A stretch of 32,000 nucleotides of DNA from a virus: the IMG/VR virus record IMGVR_UViG_3300014964_000192, positions 1 through 32,000 of that record, one strand, 5' to 3'. The position numbers were made by a program, and so were the translations under genes. A model generated the notes under the pieces. It worked only from the letters and a program-made list of their open reading frames with translations, was not told the DNA's origin and made no database searches. Numbering within the stretch: position 1 is the first letter of the stretch; every line of letters begins with the position of its first letter. Below, in pieces: positions 14,370-23,371 of the stretch.

Positions 14370-15949
14370 GCCGCACGGGATTTTTAGATAACTTTGCCGC
14401 CGCAGTGTCTCCCCGCTGGGCCTATGAGCGGACGATGTGGCGGCAGGCCTACGAGGAGGCCCGCGGCTACGACGCAGCCAGCTCCGGCCGCGTCAATGCC
14501 GGGTGGCGCGTGGTGAACGAGAGCGCGGAGCTGACGGACCGGTACAGCCGGGATGTGATCCGGGCCCGAGCCCGCGACCTGGAGCGCAACAGCGATATTG
14601 CCCAGTCTGTGGTACACGCCTATAAGCGCAATGTCGTCGGGCGGGGCTACACCCTCCGGGCCATGACGGGCGACGACAGCCTGGACAATCAGATTGAGCG
14701 GGCCTGGAAGCGTTGGTGCAAAGCCCGGAACTGCGATGTAACCGGAGAACAGTCCTTCAACAGCATCCTGCGCATGATGGTGGAGCGGAAAAAGTACGAC
14801 GGCGGGATCCTCATTCACTTCTGCCACACCCCCGGCGGGCTGGTCCCTTTCAAGCTCCAGTGCCTGGAGGTGGATGAGCTGGACGTTACCCAGACCTCTC
14901 CGCGGCACCGGGGCAACCGGGTGGTGGGCGGCATTGAGTACAACCGGTACCGCCGCCCGATGGGCTACTGGTTCCGGCAGTATGACCTGGACGGCTGCCA
15001 GGTTATGGACCCGATGTTCATCGACGCCAAAGACATTTTTTTCTACAAGAACAAGCACCGGCCCAGCCAGCTCCGGGAGATGTCCGACCTGAGCCCCACC
15101 ATCACCAGAGTGCGGGACGCCAACGAATTTATTACCGCCGTGGCCATCAAGGAGCGCATCGCGGCCCTGGTGGGCCTGGTAATCAAAAAGGCGCTGCCTA
15201 CCGGGGGGACCGGCCGCAGCTCATCGTCCCGGGGCTTGGACGGCCAGGTGGACTACTCCGGCAAGAAGATGACCCCCGGCATGATCATGGAGCTGGGGCC
15301 TGGGGACGATGTGGAGGTCGTGGACCCTAAGAGCGCCGCAACAGACGCCACAGCCTTCCTGAAGACTCAGCAGAGCCTGATCGGCTCGGGGCAGGGCCTG
15401 TCCTATGAGGCGGTGAGCCGGGACATGAATGGCGCGACCTATTCCTCCGCCCGGCAGAACGCCCAGGAGGATGAGAACACATACACCGAGGAGGTTGAGC
15501 TTCTTACCGCGTTCATGTCCGAGGCGTATGAGCATTTTGTGATTTCCGGCTGCCTGACCGGGCTGTTCGCCGTGCCTGACTTCTGGGCGCGCAGGGAGGA
15601 ATATTTGAACCACGCCTGGATCAAGACGCCGAAAAAGTGGATTGACCCGGTCAAGGAAGCCAACGCGGATAAAATCGCCCTGCAAAGCGGTCAAAAGACG
15701 TTCCAGGACCTCTGCGCCGAGCGGGGCAAGGACTGGAAAGAGGCGGTAAGCGAGATTGCGGAGGTTTTGAGATATGGCCGTGAGCTCGGAATTGATATGG
15801 GAGGTGTCATGTTTGGAAATGGAGCGGCAGCAGCCCAACCGGGCGGTCCCGGAGCCGGAACGGAACCGGGGGACCCGGAGCATGGGGGAAATTCTGGCAA
15901 GGGAGGCGGAAAGCCCGGAGGCACAGGAGAGCCGCCGGAGGACCATTAG
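14366..15949 (+). CDS. Portal protein, lambda gpB family
   Basis: 527 aa. GTG 14366 overlaps the upstream TGA. SGRVNAGWRVVNESAELTDRYSRDVIRARARDLERNSDIAQSVVHAYKRNVVGRGYTL is typical of Phage_portal_2. Gly/Pro-rich C-terminal tail. Confidence 0.92.
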   Translation: MSRTGFLDNFAAAVSPRWAYERTMWRQAYEEARGYDAASSGRVNAGWRVVNESAELTDRYSRDVIRARARDLERNSDIAQSVVHAYKRNVVGRGYTLRAMTGDDSLDNQIERAWKRWCKARNCDVTGEQSFNSILRMMVERKKYDGGILIHFCHTPGGLVPFKLQCLEVDELDVTQTSPRHRGNRVVGGIEYNRYRRPMGYWFRQYDLDGCQVMDPMFIDAKDIFFYKNKHRPSQLREMSDLSPTITRVRDANEFITAVAIKERIAALVGLVIKKALPTGGTGRSSSSRGLDGQVDYSGKKMTPGMIMELGPGDDVEVVDPKSAATDATAFLKTQQSLIGSGQGLSYEAVSRDMNGATYSSARQNAQEDENTYTEEVELLTAFMSEAYEHFVISGCLTGLFAVPDFWARREEYLNHAWIKTPKKWIDPVKEANADKIALQSGQKTFQDLCAERGKDWKEAVSEIAEVLRYGRELGIDMGGVMFGNGAAAAQPGGPGAGTEPGDPEHGGNSGKGGGKPGGTGEPPEDH

Positions 15950-16442
15950 CTTCTCCAGCGAGGAGCCGTACCGGCGGTATTTCGGCATGGAGATTCTGGA
16001 CCATGCCGGGGATGCGGTAAATCTGTCCCGCCTGAACACAGTGGGCGTGGTCCTGTTCAACCACAACAGGGACCAGGTGATTGGAAAGGTGCTCAGGGCC
16101 TGGGTGGAGAACGGCCGCGGCATGGCGGAAATTGAGTTTGACAGCGACGCCGAGGCGGAGAAGATTTTCAGCAAGGTCAAGTCGGGCACCCTGAAAACCA
16201 CGTCTGTACGCTACGCTGTGGACGCCTGGGAGGAGGTCAAGGCCGGTGCCGTGTCTGTGGACGGGCGCTTCAACGGCCCCTGCATGATCGCCCGGAAATG
16301 GACGCCCCTGGAGGCGTCTGTCGTGTCGGTACCGGCGGACGCCACTGTAGGCGTGGGCCGTTCAGATGACAGCCCGCCGGACCTGTCTGTGTACGAGAGT
16401 CAAATCCAAATCAATCAGAACATGATGGAGGTAAGAGTATGA
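15882..16442 (+). CDS. Prohead serine protease, HK97 (S78) family
   Basis: VVLFNHNRDQVIGKV carries the catalytic His context. SGTLKTTSVRYAV carries the Ser context. LEASVVSVPADATVGV is the family C-terminal motif. ATG 15882 lies within the portal 3' end (ATG 15819 is an alternative). Confidence 0.85.
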   Translation: MGEILAREAESPEAQESRRRTISFSSEEPYRRYFGMEILDHAGDAVNLSRLNTVGVVLFNHNRDQVIGKVLRAWVENGRGMAEIEFDSDAEAEKIFSKVKSGTLKTTSVRYAVDAWEEVKAGAVSVDGRFNGPCMIARKWTPLEASVVSVPADATVGVGRSDDSPPDLSVYESQIQINQNMMEVRV

Positions 16443-17986
16443 AGAACAAGGCAAAGTGGATCCAGCGTCAGCAGGAGATTGTCAGCGCCGCCCGCGCCGC
16501 CGGGCGGGGCCTGACGGCGGAGGAGCAGGCGGAGTTTGACCAGCTCCAGCGCCAGATCGACGCGGAGCCGGACGGCCAGGGCAATGGGGAGCCGGACAAC
16601 GGCCAGCGCGGCCACTCCACGTCCAACGGGAGCAATGTGCCCAACTTGGGCACAAATCCTGCCGACGTGGAGCGGCAGGCCCAGGAGGCGGAGCGCCAGC
16701 GGGCCAGCGACATTATTGCGCTGTGCCGTCAGGCCGGCATGGACCCGGATAAATATGTCCTGAACGGCGATTCTGTAGATAAGGTTCGGGAGGCCGCCGT
16801 GGACCACCTGCTGAAGCATGGGGCTCCGGTGGTGATTGGGGCCAGAGACGCAGACCAGGACAATTTCCGGGACGCAGCCCGGGACGCCATGCTGATGCAG
16901 GCCGGTGTGGAGGTCGAGGAGCCCGCCCAGGGCGCCGAGGCGCTGCGGGGTATGTCCCTGCGGGATTTCCTCATTGAGAGCATGGCCCGCTCCGGTGAGG
17001 GCACCACAACCGAGCTGCTGCGCCGGTCCCGGGCTGACCTGTGGGATACGGCGGTGCGTCAGTTCTTCAGCCCCACCGCGGACTTCCCGGCGATCCTGGA
17101 CAACGCCATCAAGAAGTCCATCGTGCAGCAGTACGCGCTGGTCCCCTGTACCTTTGAGCTCTGGACCAGCCGGGGGACGCTGACCGACTTCAAGCCCAGC
17201 AAGGAGCACGAGTACGCCCTGGGCGGAGGCGAGTTCTCCAAGGTCGGCGAGGGCGGAGAGCTGAAGCACAGCAGCCTCCAGACCGAGATGCTGCCCACCC
17301 GGAAGCTGGACACCTACGGCACCACGTTCACCATGACCCGGGAGGCCTTTATCAACGACGATATTGGGTTCCTGGCCAGTATGCCCGCCCAGTACGCCCG
17401 CAAGGCCAAACGGAAAATCAACCGCCAGGTCTATGAGCTGATCTATGAGAACCCCGCCGTATTTGACGGCGCGGCCCTGTTCGATGCAATTCACAGAAAC
17501 CTGATTGCCACGGGCTCCGCCCCCAGTATCTCTGTGCTGGAGCAGATGATCCAGCTGATGGGGATGCAGATTGACCAGTTTGGTGAGAGCATCATGGTGG
17601 AGCCCTCCAAGGTTATCGTACCCGTGGGGATGGGTATGCGGGTCAACCAGATTCTGGGCACCGCGGAAATCGACGTGGAGGGCATTGGCAGCCACACGGT
17701 AAACGTGCTGAACAGCCAGTACCGGAGCAAGATTCAGGTGGTCGAGGAGGGTACTCTGAACGTGCTGGCGGGTGACAAAGCCTGCCCCTGGTTCATGGTC
17801 TCGGACCCCCGACTGGTGAAGGGCGTGCAGGTGGACTACCTCAACGGTGTCACCACCCCCACCTTCCGCCGGAGCGAAAAGGCCGGCCACCTGGGCTTCA
17901 TCTGGGACATCTGGCTGGACTGGGGTATCAACGCGGTGGACTTCCGGGGCCTGCTGCGCAACAACGGCGTAAAGCTGAACGGATAA
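16439..17986 (+). CDS. Major capsid protein with a long N-terminal scaffold/delta-like region
   Basis: 515 aa, directly after the protease (ATGA overlap). The N-terminal ~170 aa are coiled and charged (LTAEEQAEFDQLQRQIDAE, ERQAQEAERQR). The C-terminal ~340 aa are capsid-like. Exact fold family not verified. Confidence 0.8.
   Translation: MKNKAKWIQRQQEIVSAARAAGRGLTAEEQAEFDQLQRQIDAEPDGQGNGEPDNGQRGHSTSNGSNVPNLGTNPADVERQAQEAERQRASDIIALCRQAGMDPDKYVLNGDSVDKVREAAVDHLLKHGAPVVIGARDADQDNFRDAARDAMLMQAGVEVEEPAQGAEALRGMSLRDFLIESMARSGEGTTTELLRRSRADLWDTAVRQFFSPTADFPAILDNAIKKSIVQQYALVPCTFELWTSRGTLTDFKPSKEHEYALGGGEFSKVGEGGELKHSSLQTEMLPTRKLDTYGTTFTMTREAFINDDIGFLASMPAQYARKAKRKINRQVYELIYENPAVFDGAALFDAIHRNLIATGSAPSISVLEQMIQLMGMQIDQFGESIMVEPSKVIVPVGMGMRVNQILGTAEIDVEGIGSHTVNVLNSQYRSKIQVVEEGTLNVLAGDKACPWFMVSDPRLVKGVQVDYLNGVTTPTFRRSEKAGHLGFIWDIWLDWGINAVDFRGLLRNNGVKLNG
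16637..16653. repeat. Candidate parS-like dyad 4, GTGCCCAACTTGGGCAC (perfect), inside the capsid gene
   Basis: Read directly. It is the reverse complement of dyad 3, differing only at the central base. Confidence 0.5.
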
Positions 17987-17998
17987 GGAGGAGCAGAT

Positions 17999-18325
17999 AT
18001 GAGAGCAGTCTATTTCCAGAGAGGGGAAGCCCTGGGCTATACCCCCACTGAGGATACAAAGGCGGGCCAGGTCGTGGCCCTGGGTACCCGGATCGGCGTG
18101 GCCGCGTCGGATATCCCCGCCAACGAGCTGGGCAACGTCCATGTGGTGGGCGTCTTCTCCATGGCCAAGGCGGAGGGGGAGGAGCTTGCCCAGGGCGCCG
18201 CCGTCTACTACGATTCCACAGCGGAGGCTATCACCGCCACGGCGGACGGGAACACGCCCGCCGGCTATGCCGCCTCGCCCGCTGCCGCCACGGCCGCCAC
18301 TGTGATGGTCAAGCTGTTGGGCTGA
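17999..18325 (+). CDS. Head decoration/cement-like protein (DUF2190-like)
   Basis: 108 aa. GEALGYTPTEDTKAGQVVALGTRIGVAASDIPANELGNVHVVGVF...AVYYD matches my recollection of the DUF2190 family, which is usually encoded next to the capsid gene. Confidence 0.6.
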   Translation: MRAVYFQRGEALGYTPTEDTKAGQVVALGTRIGVAASDIPANELGNVHVVGVFSMAKAEGEELAQGAAVYYDSTAEAITATADGNTPAGYAASPAAATAATVMVKLLG

Positions 18326-18340
18326 TTGGAGGGCTCAGAT

Positions 18341-18895
18341 ATGAAAAAACTGATTGCCCGCCGCCCAATCCAGTACATGGGCCGGACCTACAAGTGCGGA
18401 GAGGCCGTCCCCGCTGAAAACCCCCAGATGGTGGAGGCATGGCTGAGAGCCGACAGCGCCGTGTGGACGGATACGGACATGGAGGGCTTTGTCAGCGCCG
18501 TCGTCCAGGAGGCCGCCCGGCGCTCCAAGGTGAACGACTTGGCAGCGGAGGTTATCCGGTCCATAGGCGTGGATATCGAGGACAGCGCCGGGGAGTTTGT
18601 GGGCGTCTCCAGCCTGACGGAGCAGCTCCGCGCCCTATTTGGCCCCGATAGCCGCCCGAACACAGCGGGAGAGGGCGAAACCGGGCAGGGCAGCGAAGCC
18701 CCCGCCCGGCGGACCGGCCGCCTGGATGTGGAGGACCTGGAGAAGTGGAAAAAGGCAGACCTGGAAAAGCTGGCTGAGGATATGGGCGTGGATATTTCCA
18801 ATGCCCGAACCAATGCTGAGCGGGCCGCCATCCTTGCCGCGGCAGAGGTCCAGGTTTCCACCAATTCCCCTGGCGATACCGGGGGTGGCCAGTGA
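18341..18895 (+). CDS. Hypothetical head-module protein with a C-terminal HeH/SAP-like segment
   Basis: GGAGGG lies 7 nt before ATG 18341. The C-terminal segment is DLEKWKKADLEKLAEDMGVDISNARTNAERAAILAA. Confidence 0.55.
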   Translation: MKKLIARRPIQYMGRTYKCGEAVPAENPQMVEAWLRADSAVWTDTDMEGFVSAVVQEAARRSKVNDLAAEVIRSIGVDIEDSAGEFVGVSSLTEQLRALFGPDSRPNTAGEGETGQGSEAPARRTGRLDVEDLEKWKKADLEKLAEDMGVDISNARTNAERAAILAAAEVQVSTNSPGDTGGGQ

Positions 18896-19230
18896 TGGCC
18901 GCCCCCAGCTTCAAGGACTGTATTGCGTCGGACGTCTCTGACATCTTCCTGGACCGGCTGGAGTTTGCGGACCTCCACACCGTCAACGGCAAAAAAATGG
19001 CGGTGCTGATGGATGAAAACGAGCTGCTGGAGCGGGACAAGGCCAAGCAGGGCGGCCATTCAGACGGGCTTTACAAAAGCCGCCGCCTGATCTATGTGGC
19101 CCAGGCAGATTTTGGGCCGCGCCCGGCCATCAAGTCCGTACTGACCCTTGACCGGGTGGCCTATCGGGTGCGTGACTGCACAGCGGAGGCCGGGATCCTG
19201 GCCATTGAACTGGAGGCAGCAAAGACGTGA
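18895..19230 (+). CDS. Putative head-tail connector/adaptor protein
   Basis: ATG 18895 overlaps the upstream TGA (GTG 18892 is an alternative). The call rests on position between the head and tail-completion genes. No motif verified. Confidence 0.45.
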   Translation: MAAPSFKDCIASDVSDIFLDRLEFADLHTVNGKKMAVLMDENELLERDKAKQGGHSDGLYKSRRLIYVAQADFGPRPAIKSVLTLDRVAYRVRDCTAEAGILAIELEAAKT

Positions 19231-19826
19231 GCGGAAATGAGTCGCTGATTCACATTGATGTGGAGGAGGAGCTGCAAAGGATTATCCAGCAGCTGAACAG
19301 CCTGCCGGACCTGATTGCGGCCCCAAATATCCTGAGAAACGCGCTGAATTCTACAGCCCGCAAGGTGCGTAAGCAGATGGTAACAGACGTCAAGGGTGAG
19401 TATGCCATTAAAAATACCAAGGCCCTACGGGACGTGGCCCAGGGCGGCCCCAAGGTCCTGACGGCCAGTTCAGCAAATTTGTCCGCTGCTATCCGCTCCA
19501 GAGGACCCATGCAGGACATCATGTCTTTTATGACCCGGCCCAACACACAAACGGGGGCGGCAGAGGCTAAAATCCTGTCCTCTGGCAGCTTGAAGCCGCT
19601 GGAGATGGATGATCTGAAAGCATTTGTCACCAGGTTTGCCAGCGGCCACACCGCTATAGTGCAGCGGAGGGGCAAGAGCCGCCTGCCAGTGAAGAAGCTG
19701 CTGTCTCCTGCCATCCCCCATATGCTGCGCAACGAGGCGGTGATGGCACAGACGGAGACGCTGGCCTATGAGACCCTGCACGCCGAGATTGATAAGCGGA
19801 TCGCTCAGGTCTTAGGCAAGGCATAA
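19227..19826 (+). CDS. Tail completion protein, lambda gpZ-like
   Basis: GTG 19227 overlaps the upstream TGA. ALNSTARKVRKQMVTDVKGEYAIKNTKALRD ... GKSRLPVKKLLSPAIPHM follows the gpZ-family pattern as I recall it. Confidence 0.5.
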   Translation: MSGNESLIHIDVEEELQRIIQQLNSLPDLIAAPNILRNALNSTARKVRKQMVTDVKGEYAIKNTKALRDVAQGGPKVLTASSANLSAAIRSRGPMQDIMSFMTRPNTQTGAAEAKILSSGSLKPLEMDDLKAFVTRFASGHTAIVQRRGKSRLPVKKLLSPAIPHMLRNEAVMAQTETLAYETLHAEIDKRIAQVLGKA

Positions 19827-19895
19827 AAACGGTGTTACATAGACAACTGCGCAGAGTCAATTATTTTGTTCCCATCGAAAAAGGAGCCAGATTTT

Positions 19896-20168
19896 ATGAC
19901 AGAGTATAGCAATACTTACAGCAATGAAGACGGCGTCCTAGTGGAGATGACAATGAAAGCTGAGTGCCCCACGCAAGACGACGCAAGGAAAGCACTCAGC
20001 TTTATGGCCCAAAGTTCACACAGATTTTATCTGGAAGCGGCAAGAAAACTCACTCGAACAGAACACTGCCGATGTGTGTGCGGGAAAAGATGGCATAGAC
20101 CAGAAGCGGCTTTCTGCTATAACTGTGGGTTGAAATTGAACAATGAAGCAGGAGGTACAACCTCTTGA
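19896..20168 (+). CDS. Zinc-ribbon protein encoded by a low-GC moron (90 aa)
   Basis: AAGGAG lies 8 nt before ATG 19896. Contains CRCVCGKRWHRPEAAFCYNCG. GC is about 47% counted over 240 nt, against >60% for the flanks. Confidence 0.6.
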   Translation: MTEYSNTYSNEDGVLVEMTMKAECPTQDDARKALSFMAQSSHRFYLEAARKLTRTEHCRCVCGKRWHRPEAAFCYNCGLKLNNEAGGTTS

Positions 20169-20704
20169 CCCAAGAATTTTTGCAGGACGCCGTAGTAGCG
20201 GACCTGAAACAGCTTTTCCAGGGAGAGACCTTAAAAAATTCCGCAGGCGTGGAGCGCCGGATTCAGGTTTTCCCCCAGGACCTGCCGATCCGGGCGGGAG
20301 CGGACATCGAGCCGGAGCCAGTGCTGGACCCCGAGGAGGACCCGGACCTGATACCGGAGCAGCTGGAGGAGCAGCCCCCGGAGGACGTACCGGAGCCCTA
20401 TGTGATCGTCCGAATACCCGGCGGGGAGCTGCCGGACCAGGACACACGCCAGCAGGTGGAGCTCGTTCTGGTGATATGCGTCTATGACCCGGACCCGAAC
20501 CGCCAGGGCTTCCGGGACGCGCTTCACATCGTCAACGCCATCCTGACCCACTACGGCCAAAACGGTATTGTAGGCCGCCGGTACGAGGTGCAATACCCCA
20601 TTAAGTGGGTGACACCGGAAGATGATACCCACCCCTATTATTTCGCCGGCATGGCGCTGAAGCTTGCCGCGCCGGCTATTTTCAAGGAGGTGCCAGAACC
20701 ATGA
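20165..20704 (+). CDS. Putative neck/tail-terminator-type protein with an acidic Pro/Glu insertion
   Basis: TTG 20165 overlaps the upstream TGA (TTGA). 179 aa. Functional assignment is by position only. Confidence 0.45.
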   Translation: MTQEFLQDAVVADLKQLFQGETLKNSAGVERRIQVFPQDLPIRAGADIEPEPVLDPEEDPDLIPEQLEEQPPEDVPEPYVIVRIPGGELPDQDTRQQVELVLVICVYDPDPNRQGFRDALHIVNAILTHYGQNGIVGRRYEVQYPIKWVTPEDDTHPYYFAGMALKLAAPAIFKEVPEP

Positions 20705-20997
20705 GCAAAGCCCCCACTCCCCGCAAGGGGAACACATCGGCCGCAAAGCCGCCCAGAAAGGCCGCCTGCGCCCCTGACCCCGTGGCCTACTGCGGCCCCA
20801 CCATCCCCGGGAAAGCGGTCCAGTTCACGATCTACACCCACGGCCTGTCGTCCCCGTTGCTAGAAGCGGTCCAGGCCAGCCCGGTGCTGAAAGCCCTGGT
20901 GGTCCCGTTGGACCAGCTCCCGGAGGTGCGGCGGCAGCTCCAGGCCAGAGCCGGGCGGTATTACACCCTGTACTGCAAAGCGCAGGAGATTCGTTAA
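20701..20997 (+). CDS. Hypothetical protein (98 aa) upstream of sheath
   Basis: ATG 20701 makes an ATGA overlap. Basic N-terminus. No motif recognised. Confidence 0.6.
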   Translation: MSKAPTPRKGNTSAAKPPRKAACAPDPVAYCGPTIPGKAVQFTIYTHGLSSPLLEAVQASPVLKALVVPLDQLPEVRRQLQARAGRYYTLYCKAQEIR

Positions 20998-21012
20998 GGG
21001 AGGAAATGTAAT

Positions 21013-22473
21013 ATGGCATATTCCCATGGCGTCTACAATTCCGAGGTGGACACCAGCTTGACCTCGCCCATCCAGGGCAGCGCCGGGCTTCAGGTCATCT
21101 TCGGGACCGCGCCCATTCATCTGACCAAGAACCCCGCCGCAGCGGTCAATGCCCCTGTGCTGTGCTACTCCTTCGCAGAGTGCCAGCAGGCGCTGGGGTA
21201 CTCGGACAACTTCAAGGCATTTACCCTGTGCCAGTCGATGGACGCCTGTTTTCGGGTGTTCAACGTGGCCCCTATCATCCTGGTAAACGTGCTGGACCCC
21301 GGCAACCCCGCTCACACCAAGGAGAACGTGGCCGAAGACTGCTCCGTATCGGACGGCCAGGCGGTGTACCGGGCGGACTATGTGCTGCTGGACACGCTCG
21401 TGGTCCAGGCTGGAGAGAACACCCTGGAGCGGGACACCGACTACATAGCCGCCCATGCCAAGGACGGCAGTGTGCTGATTACCCTCCTGTCCGAGGAGGC
21501 AAAGGGCGCGGCCCAGCTGTCTGTGTCCAGTAAGAGCCTCGACCCGGCCGGTGCCACCCAGGCGGACGTCGTGGGCGGAGTGGACGCGCAGACCGGGAAA
21601 GAGACCGGTCTGGAGCTGGTCCGGCAGATCTATCCCAAACTGGGCATGACCCCTGGCCTGCTGCTGGCTCCCGGCTGGAGCCAGTTCCCTGTGGTGGCCG
21701 CAGCCCTCCAGGCCAAGACGGAGAGTATCAACGGGGTGTATAACTGCACCTGCCTGCTGGACATCCCCACCGAGGGAGAGAACGGAGCAAAGGTCTATAC
21801 CCAGGTCAAGGAGGCCAAGGAGAAGTTGGGGGCCACCAGCAATCACGCCGGTGCGCTCTGGCCCCTGGTTGCAGTGGGCGACAAGGTGTATTACTACTCT
21901 GCCATGTTTGCCGCGCTCCAGGCCTACACAGACGCTCAGAACAGCGACGTGCCGGAGAACGCGTCCAACCAGGACCTGCGCATCACCGCTACGGTGCTGG
22001 CGGACGGCACGCCTGTGGTGCTGGATCAGCAGCAGGCCAACGACGTCCTCAATGCCAACGGGGTCATCACGGCAATCAACGCCAACGGTTTCAAGGCCTG
22101 GGGCAACAGCACCGCCGCCTATCCCTCCACCACTGACCCCAAGGACCGCTGGATGAGGGTGCGCCGGTTCTTCGACTGGGACGGCAACAACTTTATCCGC
22201 ACCTATCTGCAAAAGGTGGACAAGTCGGGAAACAAGCGGCTGATCCAATCCATCGTAGACAGCCAGAACATTGTGGGCAATGGCTATGTGGCCAGGGGCT
22301 ACTGTGCCGGCTACCGGCTGGAGTTCCGCAGCGAGGAAAACCCGGTGACCAATCTGCTGAACGGCCATCTGACGGTCCACACGTTCCTGGCCCCCTATAT
22401 TCCGGCCGAATTTATTGAGAACATCCGCGAGTACGACGTGGACGCTCTGGAGTCGGCCCTTGGAGGTGACTGA
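21013..22473 (+). CDS. Contractile tail sheath protein
   Basis: 486 aa. The N-terminus MAYSHGVYNSEVDTSLTSPIQGSAGLQVIFGTAP is a typical sheath start. The tube gene follows. Confidence 0.92.
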   Translation: MAYSHGVYNSEVDTSLTSPIQGSAGLQVIFGTAPIHLTKNPAAAVNAPVLCYSFAECQQALGYSDNFKAFTLCQSMDACFRVFNVAPIILVNVLDPGNPAHTKENVAEDCSVSDGQAVYRADYVLLDTLVVQAGENTLERDTDYIAAHAKDGSVLITLLSEEAKGAAQLSVSSKSLDPAGATQADVVGGVDAQTGKETGLELVRQIYPKLGMTPGLLLAPGWSQFPVVAAALQAKTESINGVYNCTCLLDIPTEGENGAKVYTQVKEAKEKLGATSNHAGALWPLVAVGDKVYYYSAMFAALQAYTDAQNSDVPENASNQDLRITATVLADGTPVVLDQQQANDVLNANGVITAINANGFKAWGNSTAAYPSTTDPKDRWMRVRRFFDWDGNNFIRTYLQKVDKSGNKRLIQSIVDSQNIVGNGYVARGYCAGYRLEFRSEENPVTNLLNGHLTVHTFLAPYIPAEFIENIREYDVDALESALGGD

Positions 22474-22475
22474 CC

Positions 22476-22991
22476 ATGAATGAAATTCCGACCAAAATCA
22501 ATAAGTACAACGTGTACAACGAGGGTGAGAGGATTCTGGGCATGGGGGATGAGCTCCCCCTCCCCGGCTTTGAGTCCTCCAGCGAGACGGTAAGCGGCGC
22601 CGGGGTCCTGGGCGAGTTTGATGACCCCACCGTGGGTTACTTCTCCAACCAAGAGATGGAGATTCCATTCCGGGTCCTGGACCGGGCCGCCGTGGACATG
22701 CTGGACCAGCGGAAAGCGGTCCGCCTGACGATCCGGGGCTCCGCCCAGTCCACTAACAGCGAGGGGGATATTGTATTCCACTCCGTTCGGGTGGTGGTCC
22801 GGGGGCGGATGTCCAAGTTTGAACTCGGCAAATTCAAGGCCGGCAGCGGGATGGAGGTCAAGATCACCCTGACCCTGCTGTATATCCTCATTGAGCTGGA
22901 CGGCGAGCCCATGGTGGAGCTGGACAAGCTGAACGAGGTATTCAAGATTCGCGGCAAAGACATGCTGGCTGAAATTAAGGAGATGTGCTGA
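22476..22991 (+). CDS. Tail tube protein (P2 FII-like)
   Basis: 171 aa. MNEIPTKINKYNVYNEG...LPLPGFESSSETVSGAGVLGEFDDPTVGYF matches the P2 FII family pattern. Confidence 0.9.
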   Translation: MNEIPTKINKYNVYNEGERILGMGDELPLPGFESSSETVSGAGVLGEFDDPTVGYFSNQEMEIPFRVLDRAAVDMLDQRKAVRLTIRGSAQSTNSEGDIVFHSVRVVVRGRMSKFELGKFKAGSGMEVKITLTLLYILIELDGEPMVELDKLNEVFKIRGKDMLAEIKEMC

Positions 22992-22993
22992 TT

Positions 22994-23371
22994 ATGGAAA
23001 AGGGAAAAGTAAACCCCGCTCCCGAGCAGGAATCACTCCAGGAGGCCGTCGAGGAGGCCGTTGGAGAGAGCCTGGTGCTGAAGCTGAGCAAGCCCTATGT
23101 ATTTGAGGGCAGGACCTATGAGGAGTTGGACCTGTCCGGCCTGGAAAATTCCACGGCGGGCGACCTGGCGCAGGCCGCTAAGATTACATCCAAGAAGCAC
23201 AGAGGACTGAATCCGGCGACATTGGAAATGGCAACGGAATACGCCGCCACCATAGGCCATCTGATGACAAAACTTCCGCTGGAGTTCTTTGAGCGTATGC
23301 CGGCCAAGGACGCTATTGCGCTGAAGGGACTGGTCGTGGGTTTTTTGTTCAACGCGGATGGGGAGGAATAA
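22994..23371 (+). CDS. Tail assembly chaperone (P2 gpE-like)
   Basis: AAGGAG precedes ATG 22994 (the track start is GTG 22985). Positioned between tube and tape measure. Contains TTTTTTG near its 3' end. Confidence 0.8.
   Translation: MEKGKVNPAPEQESLQEAVEEAVGESLVLKLSKPYVFEGRTYEELDLSGLENSTAGDLAQAAKITSKKHRGLNPATLEMATEYAATIGHLMTKLPLEFFERMPAKDAIALKGLVVGFLFNADGEE
23341..23347 (+). other. Programmed -1 frameshift slippery heptamer T_TTT_TTG
   Basis: Zero-frame codons are GGT TTT TTG. The -1 frame reads through to TAA 23527-23529 and contains the 23371 ORF. This is the slippery sequence I recall for P2 E/E+E'. Confidence 0.7.

Noticed and set aside
16415-18142. Very long minus-strand ORFs: 16415..18142 (575 aa), 20860..22380 (506 aa), 30300..31949 (549 aa), 6146..7246, 3993..5060, 27146..28189, 15221..16201, 14384..15058, 11363..12031, 23033..23815
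   Set aside because: All lie antisense to confidently identified + strand genes. Their translations are Arg/Gly/Pro/His-rich low complexity and they lack SD sequences. They are the usual stop-poor antisense frames of high-GC DNA.
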